Shown: in pieces, positions 1 to 8,161 of the stretch
Position numbering within the stretch: position 1 is the stretch's first letter
Layout of the letters: the number at the start of each line of letters is the position of its first letter
Assembly (NCBI RefSeq): GCF_004376175.1
Contig: NZ_SNUY01000008.1
Coordinates: 55,321-87,320, forward strand
Reading direction: 5' to 3'
Length of the DNA: 32,000 nucleotides
DNA from: Halalkalibacterium halodurans
GTDB taxonomy: Bacteria; Bacillota; Bacilli; Bacillales; Bacillaceae_D
Position numbers and translations under genes: made by a program
The notes under the pieces: model-generated
The model's input: the letters and a program-made list of their open reading frames with translations, nothing else
What the model was told of the DNA's origin: nothing
The model's database searches: none

Positions 1-167
1 TTTAGGTGCGATTTTGAGTGGGGCGAAGGTACATTTTTTTGTCTGAAATTATTTTACTTTCATTACCATTAATGGAAGTGTAGTCAACTGATTTTCTATT
101 TATGATTTGATTAAAAAGGTGCTTTTTGAACAAGCTCTATAAAGAAATTCTTTCCTTGTCAATCTTT

Positions 168-926
168 TTAGATGTAAAGTTTAGGCCCAGGAAGACCGAA
201 GCTTTCTTTTGTCGATTTGCTTGGTAATCGGTGGCCTTTATTTTTTGCTTTTGCTACTGTTGTTTTTTTCTTTGGCTCTGTTTGATTCTTAATCTCTGCT
301 TTTTTCGTTTTCGGCTGCTGTTTTTCGTTTTTCTCCTCTTGTTCCGCTTTTTCTTCTTGTTTTTGACTGACCCCTTCTTGTGCAGTTGAATCGTCGTCTG
401 TTGCTGTAGCTTCGTCTGTGGACTCATCACTGGAGCCAGGATTGCTCCGTAAAATTTGGAAAATAGCGGGTGCATTTCGAATCAAGGGACCATATTGCTG
501 CACAAGAGGGCCGACCTGTTGGGCAACTCCGATAACCTTTTGTGCATTTTGCAACATTGTCATGACGTTCATTCCGCTTCTTGCTGCTCCAGTAGCTGCC
601 CCGACCGCATTCGCAGCACCTGCGCCTTGACTTGCTGCACCAAACATATTCGCCATCCCCGCTCCTTGACCAGCAGCTCCAAAACCGCCTCCCATCGATT
701 GCATCCCAGCTGCTGCGCTGCGTCCACCGCCGAACAGGCGTGATAATAACCCGCCTAGCCCTCTAGGAGCCGCACCACCTGCCATTGGGTTAATCCCTCC
801 AGAGGAAAAAGCCTGAGGGCCAGCGCCCATGGACCCTCCGCCAAACATTTGCGGACCAGCAAAGGGCTGGTGAGGTGGAACGGGCGGCATTGGGGGACCA
901 CTAGGAGGACCCATAAATGGTTGCAT
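168..926 (-). CDS. yqfQ: YqfQ-like low-complexity protein (Gly/Ala/Pro/Met-rich body, Lys/Glu-rich C-terminal tail)
   Basis: 252-aa ORF with SD AAGGATGG about 6 nt upstream of the ATG. Strongly biased composition. It lies divergent from cshB, as yqfQ does in B. subtilis (recalled synteny). Confidence 0.55.
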   Translation of the reverse strand: MQPFMGPPSGPPMPPVPPHQPFAGPQMFGGGSMGAGPQAFSSGGINPMAGGAAPRGLGGLLSRLFGGGRSAAAGMQSMGGGFGAAGQGAGMANMFGAASQGAGAANAVGAATGAARSGMNVMTMLQNAQKVIGVAQQVGPLVQQYGPLIRNAPAIFQILRSNPGSSDESTDEATATDDDSTAQEGVSQKQEEKAEQEEKNEKQQPKTKKAEIKNQTEPKKKTTVAKAKNKGHRLPSKSTKESFGLPGPKLYI

Positions 927-1154
927 AATGTCCCATCCTTTCTTCTAAACAACTTCGTTCTATGGTTACACTATGCATGGGTAAAACAATAGGTGAACGT
1001 GGGGAATGAGATTGAGAATTCGCACAAGGTGTATAACTATGGTAAAATATAAGTTCGAAAAGAGAGGAGAATGGCAAGCATAAAGGTAATAACGTCAGAA
1101 AAAGCCCCCTCTTGATACGAATCATGGGAAATTAAATGAAAGTAGGAGACATGG

Positions 1155-2471
1155 ATGAAATCAGCTAATTTTGCTCGTTTTCAAATAAAGAAGTTTTTAC
1201 TAGAAGCATTAAGCGATAAAGGGATTACCCATCCGACAGAAATTCAGGAGCGGCTCATCCCGGCGATCCGAAATGGAAAAGACGTGATTGGTCAATCACA
1301 GACTGGAACAGGAAAAACGCTCGCCTTTTTGCTGCCAATTGTGGATCGGATTAAGGGGGAGCGTGAGGAAGTACAAGCTGTGATTACTGCACCGACAAGG
1401 GAATTAGCTGGGCAAATTTTTGAAGAGCTCCAAGCCTTGTTACGGCATGTGCCTCACGATGAAGAGATTCGAGCGAAGCTAATTGTTGGAGGAACCGATC
1501 GAAGTCGCACTTTAGAGAAGTTAAGGGTACAGCCACAGATCGTGGTCGGTACTCCAGGTCGAATTTCAGATCTTGTCCATGAGCAAGCGCTGAATGTCTA
1601 CACAGCGACAATGCTTGTCGTGGATGAAGCAGATCAAATGCTTGATATGGGATTTATCGAAGATGTGGACAAGGTAGCTGCTCGGATGGCGGAAAACTTG
1701 CAAATGATGGTTTTCTCGGCCACAATTCCAGAAAAGCTTAAGCCTTTTTTAAAAAAATATATGAATGAACCGCGCCACGTTCATGTACAGCCAAAACAGG
1801 CGACAGCAAACCTCATCGAGCATCGGATTGTGCCGCTTCGTCATAGGGATAAGCTCGAAATCACAACAGAAGTGGCCAGTGTTTTAAACCCGTTTTTAGC
1901 GATCGTTTTTACGAATACAAAAGAGCAAGCGGATGAGTTGGCCGATGCGATGCTGGCGGCAGGGCTTAACGTGGAACGGCTCCATGGGGGGCTCCAGCCT
2001 AGACAGCGAAAGCAAGTGATGAAACGAGTGAAAAATTATGAAGTGCAATATTTAGTGGCGACAGACCTAGCGGCAAGAGGGATTGATATTAAAGGAGTGT
2101 CCCACATCATTAATCATTCGTTGCCGAAAGATTTGGATTTCTATGTCCATCGTGTGGGGCGGACTGCACGTGCTGGTGCTGACGGAATTGCGTTAACCAT
2201 TTTTGCGCCAGAGGACGAACAAGCGGTGCATAAGTTAATGAAACGAGGGATTCAATTTACGTACTATGACCTTAAAAAAGGGGAATGGCAAAAGTTAGAC
2301 AAGCCTCCACTTGGTGTACCGGGTGAAAAGCGGCGAAAAGAGGATAAAGGTCTCGAGGCACCGATGGTGAAAAAGGCGAAGAAAGTGAAGCCTGGTTATA
2401 AAAAGAAGGCACGTCTTGCACAAGCAGACCAGCAGCGGAGACAACGCCGGTTGAATCGAAAAAAGAAATAG
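1155..2471 (+). CDS. cshB: DEAD-box ATP-dependent RNA helicase CshB
   Basis: Q motif (THPTEIQ), motif I GQSQTGTGKT, Ia PTRELA, II VVDEAD, III SAT, VI HRVGRTARAG, plus a basic Lys/Arg tail. 438 aa. SD GTAGGAG lies 6 nt upstream of the start. Confidence 0.93.
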   Translation: MKSANFARFQIKKFLLEALSDKGITHPTEIQERLIPAIRNGKDVIGQSQTGTGKTLAFLLPIVDRIKGEREEVQAVITAPTRELAGQIFEELQALLRHVPHDEEIRAKLIVGGTDRSRTLEKLRVQPQIVVGTPGRISDLVHEQALNVYTATMLVVDEADQMLDMGFIEDVDKVAARMAENLQMMVFSATIPEKLKPFLKKYMNEPRHVHVQPKQATANLIEHRIVPLRHRDKLEITTEVASVLNPFLAIVFTNTKEQADELADAMLAAGLNVERLHGGLQPRQRKQVMKRVKNYEVQYLVATDLAARGIDIKGVSHIINHSLPKDLDFYVHRVGRTARAGADGIALTIFAPEDEQAVHKLMKRGIQFTYYDLKKGEWQKLDKPPLGVPGEKRRKEDKGLEAPMVKKAKKVKPGYKKKARLAQADQQRRQRRLNRKKK

Positions 2472-2501
2472 AGAATAGCGCAATAGAAAGGGAGAAGGAC
2501 G

Positions 2502-3398
2502 ATGACATTACATTTAGGATCACATGTGTCAATGAACGGGAAAAAAATGCTCCTTGGTTCTAGTGAAGAAGCTGTATCATACGGAGCTAATACATTTATG
2601 GTTTACACAGGGGCACCGCAAAATACTAGAAGAAAACCAATCGAAGAGCTGAATATTGAAGCAGGTAGGGCCCATATGAAAGAAAATGGTATTGACCATA
2701 TCATTGTTCATGCTCCATATATCATTAACATCGGTAATTCGGAAAAGCCAGCTACCTTTAAGCTAGGCGTCGATTTTTTACAGTCTGAAATTGAACGGAC
2801 ACAGGCCCTTGGAGCGGATCAAATTGTCCTTCACCCAGGTGCACATGTAGGTGCAGGGGTTGATAAAGGGATTGAAAAGATCATTGAAGGATTAAACGAA
2901 GTGTTAACGGAAAATGATGGTGTCCAGATTGCACTTGAAACAATGGCAGGAAAGGGATCTGAATGTGGGAGAACGTTCGAGGAGATCGCTCGAATTATTA
3001 ATGGTGTGACTCATAATGATCGACTTTCCGTTTGCTTTGACACGTGCCATACGCACGATGCTGGATACAATATCGTAGAGGATTTTGATGGTGTTCTGAA
3101 TGAGTTTGATAAAATCATTGGCGTGGAGCGAATCAAAGTTCTTCATATTAATGACAGCAAAAATCCACGGGGAGCAGCAAAAGACCGACACGAAAACATT
3201 GGTTTTGGTCACATTGGCTTTAAGGCGCTTCATTACATCGTCCATCATCCACAGTTGCAAGACATTCCTAAAATTTTGGAAACACCGTACGTAGGTGAGG
3301 ATAAGAAAAATAAAAAACCACCGTACAAATTTGAAATTGATATGATTCGTAACGGGACATTTCATGAAGGCTTGTTAGAGAAAATCGTTGCGCAATAA
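2502..3398 (+). CDS. nfo: Endonuclease IV (AP endonuclease family 2)
   Basis: 298 aa with metal-ligand motifs [22 protein letters not shown] and HINDSK. Starts 30 nt after the cshB stop with SD GGGAGAAGG, so it is probably co-transcribed. Confidence 0.92.
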   Translation: MTLHLGSHVSMNGKKMLLGSSEEAVSYGANTFMVYTGAPQNTRRKPIEELNIEAGRAHMKENGIDHIIVHAPYIINIGNSEKPATFKLGVDFLQSEIERTQALGADQIVLHPGAHVGAGVDKGIEKIIEGLNEVLTENDGVQIALETMAGKGSECGRTFEEIARIINGVTHNDRLSVCFDTCHTHDAGYNIVEDFDGVLNEFDKIIGVERIKVLHINDSKNPRGAAKDRHENIGFGHIGFKALHYIVHHPQLQDIPKILETPYVGEDKKNKKPPYKFEIDMIRNGTFHEGLLEKIVAQ

Positions 3399-3404
3399 AT
3401 AAAG

Positions 3405-3440
3405 AAAAGGCCGAGCTTGGAATCCGAGCTCGGCCGCTTT
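3405..3440. terminator. Bidirectional rho-independent terminator between nfo and the yqfT-like gene
   Basis: Perfect 9-bp stem GGCCGAGCT (3409-3417) / AGCTCGGCC (3427-3435), flanked by an A-run on one side and T-rich sequence on the other. Confidence 0.8.
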
Positions 3441-3450
3441 AAGTATACTG

Positions 3451-3723
3451 CTAAGGTAAGAGATGACTAAATTGTGTGAGCAATTGGTTGATCGTTTGCG
3501 CGAGCTGAGGGTCTGTTTCCTGTTGAAGGCGTTCGATTAAACGTTTCACTTGCGCTTCGTTCCCAACATCTACCGATTCCGAACGAAGGATTGCAATCAC
3601 GTCTTTTGCTTGATTTCCTGTTAGGGGGATGCCATATTGTTTTGCCAGTTGTAGCAATTCCGGGGCAGTTAGACTATTTAATTTTTGGTTCACCATTTGA
3701 ATCATAAACGGATTCATGAACAA
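3451..3723 (-). CDS. Small YqfT-like protein (DUF2624-like)
   Basis: 90-aa ORF with SD GGGAGG upstream. Its position, convergent with nfo, matches yqfT in B. subtilis (recalled). No catalytic motif is visible. Confidence 0.55.
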   Translation of the reverse strand: MFMNPFMIQMVNQKLNSLTAPELLQLAKQYGIPLTGNQAKDVIAILRSESVDVGNEAQVKRLIERLQQETDPQLAQTINQLLTQFSHLLP

Positions 3724-3843
3724 GCCTCCCTGTTTAAGGTATCTGCAACACTATATGCCAAAGAAATGAGAAGGTGAAAGAGGATTTCAATATCTTCATC
3801 GCGAAATAAAACAAATAGAGCAAAAAAAGACAGGTCCTCGTAT

Positions 3844-3871
3844 TTGAATAATTATGCTATGAAAGTATAAT
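3844..3871 (+). promoter_or_regulatory. Candidate sigma-A promoter for the histidine kinase gene
   Basis: TTGAAT (3844-3849), 16-nt spacer, TATAAT (3866-3871), about 80 nt upstream of the ATG at 3950. Confidence 0.5.
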
Positions 3872-3949
3872 GAAACATGTAGAGCGACGTTAACCGATCG
3901 TTTACCTTTAGATGGCGGAGAAGGATAAGAGTAAAGGTAGGAGGGCTTT

Positions 3950-5056
3950 ATGATTGAACGAAATGGAAATAAAGGATTAAAGCCTCAAACAAATCATGGT
4001 TCTTGTACAGTCCAATTAAAGGAGCTAGAGTTGACTACACAACATCATTCTTATTTAGAGAGCTTATTTTTTGAAGAGTTGAATTTACCGCTTATTAAGA
4101 TTTCAAAGGATAATGAAGTGGTAAAATGGAATGAGGAGACCGTTGCGTTACTAGACATCTCCGATAAGGCTTTTTCCTATTTGACAATGGAAGAGTTGAA
4201 CATTCGTTGGCCGATCATGAAGCGAGTGATGGCTGTGGTGGACATGAGTCGAGAAAGAGGGGAACCTGTAGAGGAAGAATTCGAGTGCGAAGATCTAACG
4301 GTGAAAATAAGAGCCTTATCGCCAACAGGCGAGGAAACTACGTATGTGATGTTTTTTGATCTATCCATACAAAAGCAGTTCGAAAGTTTACTTACGTTTC
4401 ACCATCAAATGGAAGCGGTGTCTCATATTGCCGCAGGGGTAGCTCATGAATTGCGCAATCCATTATCAGTCATTAAAGGCTTTTTGCAGCTTTCACAATT
4501 AACCGATGGTTTCTCGAAATACTATGATACGATCATGTCGGAATTAAACCGGATGAATGGAATCATTGAAGACTTTTTATCTGTCTCGAGGAAAAAGATT
4601 GAACGAAAAGCACAATCACCTAAGAAAATAATGGACTCATTAACTGAAATTATTAAGTCCGAATGTTTGTTACATAATGTTTCTTTTGAAATTGATCTTC
4701 AACCTACAAGTAAGATGGTTTATGTCAATGAGTCAATGATTAAACAAGTAATCCTCAACCTTCTCCGCAACTCAATTGAAGCGTTTGGTGACGCTAAAAT
4801 CGATCGGTTATTTCGTGTTCAAACCATTCCGAAAGAGCACGAGTATGTGTTAACGGTGGAAGACAATGGGAAAGGAATGACCAAGGAAGTGTTAGCACAG
4901 CTCGGAAAACCATTTTTTACAACAAAGGACCGTGGAACAGGAATCGGTATCCCACTGTGTAAGAAAATCATAGAAGATCATAATGGAACGTTCCAAATTG
5001 AGAGTGAGCGTTACAAAGGAACGAAGGTGACGATCCGATTACCGTTCTCTTCTTAA
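3950..5056 (+). CDS. Cytoplasmic orphan sensor histidine kinase (PAS-like N-terminus, HisKA, HATPase_c); sporulation-kinase-like H-box
   Basis: H-box AAGVAHELRNPLSVIKGFLQL, N-box LNLLRNSIEAF, G1 VEDNGKGM, F GKPFFTTK, G2 GTGIGIPL. No TM segment and no adjacent response regulator. SD GGTAGGAGGG. Confidence 0.85.
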   Translation: MIERNGNKGLKPQTNHGSCTVQLKELELTTQHHSYLESLFFEELNLPLIKISKDNEVVKWNEETVALLDISDKAFSYLTMEELNIRWPIMKRVMAVVDMSRERGEPVEEEFECEDLTVKIRALSPTGEETTYVMFFDLSIQKQFESLLTFHHQMEAVSHIAAGVAHELRNPLSVIKGFLQLSQLTDGFSKYYDTIMSELNRMNGIIEDFLSVSRKKIERKAQSPKKIMDSLTEIIKSECLLHNVSFEIDLQPTSKMVYVNESMIKQVILNLLRNSIEAFGDAKIDRLFRVQTIPKEHEYVLTVEDNGKGMTKEVLAQLGKPFFTTKDRGTGIGIPLCKKIIEDHNGTFQIESERYKGTKVTIRLPFSS

Positions 5057-5057
5057 T

Positions 5058-5106
5058 GAAAAGGAGCTGTCTCAAAAGTCTATCTTTTGAGGCAGCTCCT
5101 TTTTTC
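5058..5106 (+). terminator. Rho-independent terminator after the kinase gene
   Basis: About 18-bp stem AAGGAGCTGTCTCAAAAG / CTTTTGAGGCAGCTCCTT with one G-U pair and a 5-nt loop, followed by TTTTT. Confidence 0.9.
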
Positions 5107-5137
5107 GTGCTTTTTTTGCAATGAACAATCAAAATCA

Positions 5138-5166
5138 TTTACAAGAAGAAAAAGGACAGCTATAAT
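5138..5166 (+). promoter_or_regulatory. Candidate sigma-A promoter of the metal ABC operon
   Basis: TTTACA (5138-5143), 17-nt spacer, TATAAT (5161-5166). Confidence 0.6.
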
Positions 5167-5179
5167 TGGAGTTAGCATA

Positions 5180-5203
5180 AAAAGTTTACTTAGAGAAACT
5201 TTT
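5180..5203. promoter_or_regulatory. Perfect 8-8-8 palindrome; candidate MntR-type operator
   Basis: AAAAGTTT-acttagag-AAACTTTT sits 14 nt downstream of the -10 box. The core GTTTaCTTaGaGAAAC resembles B. subtilis MntR operators of the form TTTGCCTTAAGGAAAC (recalled). Confidence 0.45.
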
Positions 5204-5359
5204 GTTCCTGTGATAAAATTTATCGTTCCGCACTGATGGACCTTACATGTCATATATGTAATAAAGAATGGGGGGATGACATAAAAAAGTTGAATAACGC
5301 CAAATTAAAATAACATCGTACGTTTTAGGTTAGCCTCTTGGAAGGAAGGAGAATGGGCC

Positions 5360-6112
5360 ATGAATCCAGTTGTAAAAGTCGACAATCTATCTGTTTTTTA
5401 CGAACAACATCAAGCGATTAAAAACATTCGTTTTCAAGCTGGGTCGGGACAGATGATTGGAATTTTAGGTCCAAATGGGGCCGGGAAATCAACGTTAATG
5501 AAAGCGATTCTAGGATTGGAAAGATATACAGGAACGGTGAAAGTATTGGACAAACACGTAAGGCATGTGCGAAAACAAATCTCTTACGTCCCACAGCGAA
5601 ATGCAATTGATTGGGATTTTCCTGTTTTGGTTGAAGATGTGGTGATGATGGGACGCTTTGCCCATATCCCTTGGTTCAAACGTGCTGGTAAAAATGATAA
5701 ACGACTCGTGGAAGAATCTCTTAAGAAAGTAGGGATGGAGGAGTACCGTAGCCGGCAAATTGGAGAATTGTCAGGGGGGCAACAGCAACGCGTGTTTATT
5801 GCCCGAGCATTAGCTCAGGAATCTGAACTTTTTTTCTTGGATGAGCCGTTTGTTGGCATTGATGTGACGTCAGAATCGATCATCCTGTCATTACTTCAAG
5901 AATTGCGTGACCGTGGAAAGACAATTTTTGTTGTTCATCATGATTTAAGTAAAGTGGAAAAATACTTCGATCAAGTATTGATGCTAAACAAAGAATTAAT
6001 TGCATACGGTCCCGTAGCGGATGTCTATACGCCAGAGATGGTGGCTAAGACCTATCAAGGAAATCTTGCCACGTTTTCAAAGAAAGATGAAGTCTTGGTG
6101 GTGAACGTCTAA
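5360..6112 (+). CDS. Metal (Mn/Zn-type, cluster A-I) ABC transporter ATP-binding protein
   Basis: Walker A GPNGAGKST, signature LSGGQQQRV, Walker B LFFLDEP, H-loop VVHHD. 250 aa. SD GGAAGGAGAA. Confidence 0.85.
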   Translation: MNPVVKVDNLSVFYEQHQAIKNIRFQAGSGQMIGILGPNGAGKSTLMKAILGLERYTGTVKVLDKHVRHVRKQISYVPQRNAIDWDFPVLVEDVVMMGRFAHIPWFKRAGKNDKRLVEESLKKVGMEEYRSRQIGELSGGQQQRVFIARALAQESELFFLDEPFVGIDVTSESIILSLLQELRDRGKTIFVVHHDLSKVEKYFDQVLMLNKELIAYGPVADVYTPEMVAKTYQGNLATFSKKDEVLVVNV

Positions 6113-6990
6113 TGGGCAATCTAACATTCTTTTTCGACCAATTGCTGAGTTACTCTTATTTGCAACAGGCCCTTACTGCTGCAATTTTAGTTGGCATCCT
6201 TTGTGGAGTGATCGGTTGTTTTATTATTTTACGGGGAATGGCATTGATGGGGGATGCCATTTCTCATGCAGTATTACCAGGTGTCGTCATTGCTTACATG
6301 ATCGGTGCGAGCTTTTTTATTGGCGCCGTCATTACGGGTGTCATTACGGCACTTGCGATTGGTTATGTGTCACAAAACAGTCGAGTGAAGGAAGATTCAG
6401 CCATCGGCATTTTATTTACAGCAGCCTTCGCATTAGGGATTGTGTTAATAACAGGAATGCGCGGCACGGGAGTGGACCTTTGGCATATTTTGTTCGGAAA
6501 TGTGTTAGCGGTATCGCGCACAGACCTATGGGTTACCCTCGGGATTGGTCTGTTTGTCCTGCTCATTATTATTCTCTTTTACAGACCGTTGTTGCTTAGT
6601 ACATTTGATCCCGTTATGGCACAAGCGACTGGAATTCCCGTCCAAATGATTCACTACTTGTTAATGCTGCTTTTATCTCTCGTCACGGTAGCGGCCTTGC
6701 AGACAGTTGGGATCGTTCTTGTGGTAGCGATGCTCATTACACCAGGTGCAACTGCTTATTTATTAACGAACCGTTTGCCTGTTATGCTCTGTTTAGCGGC
6801 GATGTTCGGGGTCATATCCGCCATTGCTGGAATCTATTTTTCGGTGATTTATGATGTGGCCTCAGGGGCTTCCATTGTTCTAGTCGCTTCTACTTTGTTT
6901 GCACTTGCCTTCTTTTTCTCACCAAAACAAGGTGTGTTGACACGCTATTGGCGAGGAAAGCGGGCGAAGGAAATGAGTGCAACCTCGTAA
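6112..6990 (+). CDS. Metal ABC transporter permease (ABC-3 family, MntC/TroC/ZnuB-like)
   Basis: 292 aa, very hydrophobic (about 8-9 TM), with motif GDAISHAVLPGV. The start overlaps the ATPase stop (TAATG). Confidence 0.85.
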   Translation: MGNLTFFFDQLLSYSYLQQALTAAILVGILCGVIGCFIILRGMALMGDAISHAVLPGVVIAYMIGASFFIGAVITGVITALAIGYVSQNSRVKEDSAIGILFTAAFALGIVLITGMRGTGVDLWHILFGNVLAVSRTDLWVTLGIGLFVLLIIILFYRPLLLSTFDPVMAQATGIPVQMIHYLLMLLLSLVTVAALQTVGIVLVVAMLITPGATAYLLTNRLPVMLCLAAMFGVISAIAGIYFSVIYDVASGASIVLVASTLFALAFFFSPKQGVLTRYWRGKRAKEMSATS

Positions 6991-7221
6991 AAATGGACCA
7001 GTCGTACCAATTAAGGAAAAAGTCGGGGTTGACAATATTCTGACGAATGAGTATTAGGAAGAATGTACGAGGATGACGAACGTATTAAAAGGATAAGGCC
7101 TATTTTATCGAAAAGACTTTGCATTATACGAAATACGATCCTTATAAGGGGCTCGTTCATGTTTGAACTCTCCCTCTTGATTCGCTACGATAAAGAGCAT
7201 TGAAAGAGAGGGAGTGACATC

Positions 7222-7917
7222 ATGAAAAAGAAGTGGCAATTATCACTTGTCATTGTGTTTGCCATGACTACATGTATTTTATATATTTATCAAATGCAGC
7301 TGAAGGAAAAAGTGGAAACGTATCGTGAAGAGTTAATGATAAAAAATGAAATGGAAGAACTGGAACATCATCTTACGAATAAGTCATTCGTTGAGGAAGG
7401 CTGGCTTGATTATACGACATGGGAAGCATCTAATGAATTAGCAGAAATGTTGTATAAAGATAGCGAAGGGGCCTTTGAGAAAGAGTGGGGTTGGTTTTTA
7501 GCCGGGATCAGTCAACAATATGGAGTAGATCCTTTGATTGTCTACGAATTGTTACGGACAGAGACAGGAGGTACGTTTGACCCGACGTTGGTTGGACCAG
7601 AAACCCAATACGGGCGCGCGTATGGAATGGCTCAGTTTATGCACAATACGGCACCGTGGATTGCTGAAAAAGCAGGTCTACCGTACGAGGACGATTTGTT
7701 GTTTGATCCGGTGTACTCTATTCAGCTTGCGGTAGTCTATTTAGATTTCCTTTACGATAAGTATGAGGATTGGGATCACGCTTTGACTGCATACCATCGT
7801 GGCATGTATGGACTTGAGAAATACATTGAGGAAAACGGAAATGCTGAAAGTTGGTACGCCGTTGAAATTCAAGAAAATGCCGAGAATTATGATTGGGTTG
7901 CTTTTACTGGTGAATAA
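7222..7917 (+). CDS. Membrane-anchored lytic transglycosylase-like protein (SLT domain)
   Basis: N-terminal TM helix and a coiled region. SLT-like motifs LLRTETGGTFDP (candidate catalytic Glu), YGMAQFM and TAYHRG. SD GAGAGGGAG. Confidence 0.6.
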   Translation: MKKKWQLSLVIVFAMTTCILYIYQMQLKEKVETYREELMIKNEMEELEHHLTNKSFVEEGWLDYTTWEASNELAEMLYKDSEGAFEKEWGWFLAGISQQYGVDPLIVYELLRTETGGTFDPTLVGPETQYGRAYGMAQFMHNTAPWIAEKAGLPYEDDLLFDPVYSIQLAVVYLDFLYDKYEDWDHALTAYHRGMYGLEKYIEENGNAESWYAVEIQENAENYDWVAFTGE

Positions 7918-7973
7918 AAACCTGAGTGTGAGAACGAATCGATTTTTCATTCAAAGGAGCTTGGAACAAAACG

Positions 7974-8018
7974 AAAAAGGTTCGGATCATTTTATTTTGA
8001 TGATCCGGACCTTTTTTC
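7974..8018. terminator. Bidirectional rho-independent terminator (SLT gene / ppk)
   Basis: Stem AAAAAGGTTCGGATCAT / ATGATCCGGACCTTTTT with one G-U pair and a 9-nt loop. An A-run lies 5' and a T-run 3'. Confidence 0.85.
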
Positions 8019-8161
8019 TGTTGATTCAATGTTTGTGTATACACATTACTAGACGGCTTTTCCTCTTTTCAAAGTTGATTGTTAAAAGCACGAGACGCCC
8101 CGCGGCAAGCGAGTGGTTTTTGAAACGAAACTGTGATTTCACCTGCTCCGTTTTAATACTT

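Noticed and set aside
254-743. Several 70-95-aa ORFs in other frames of the yqfQ-like gene
   Set aside because: These are by-products of the low-complexity, repeat-like codon composition. Only the 252-aa frame has an SD and a sensible start.
2904-3365. 153-aa minus-strand ORF
   Set aside because: It is antisense inside nfo and has no SD or recognisable motif.
5236-5313. 25-aa ORF (MDLTCHICNKEWGDDIKKLNNAKLK) in the leader of the Mn-type ABC operon
   Set aside because: It has no SD upstream and no recognisable family. It is probably chance.
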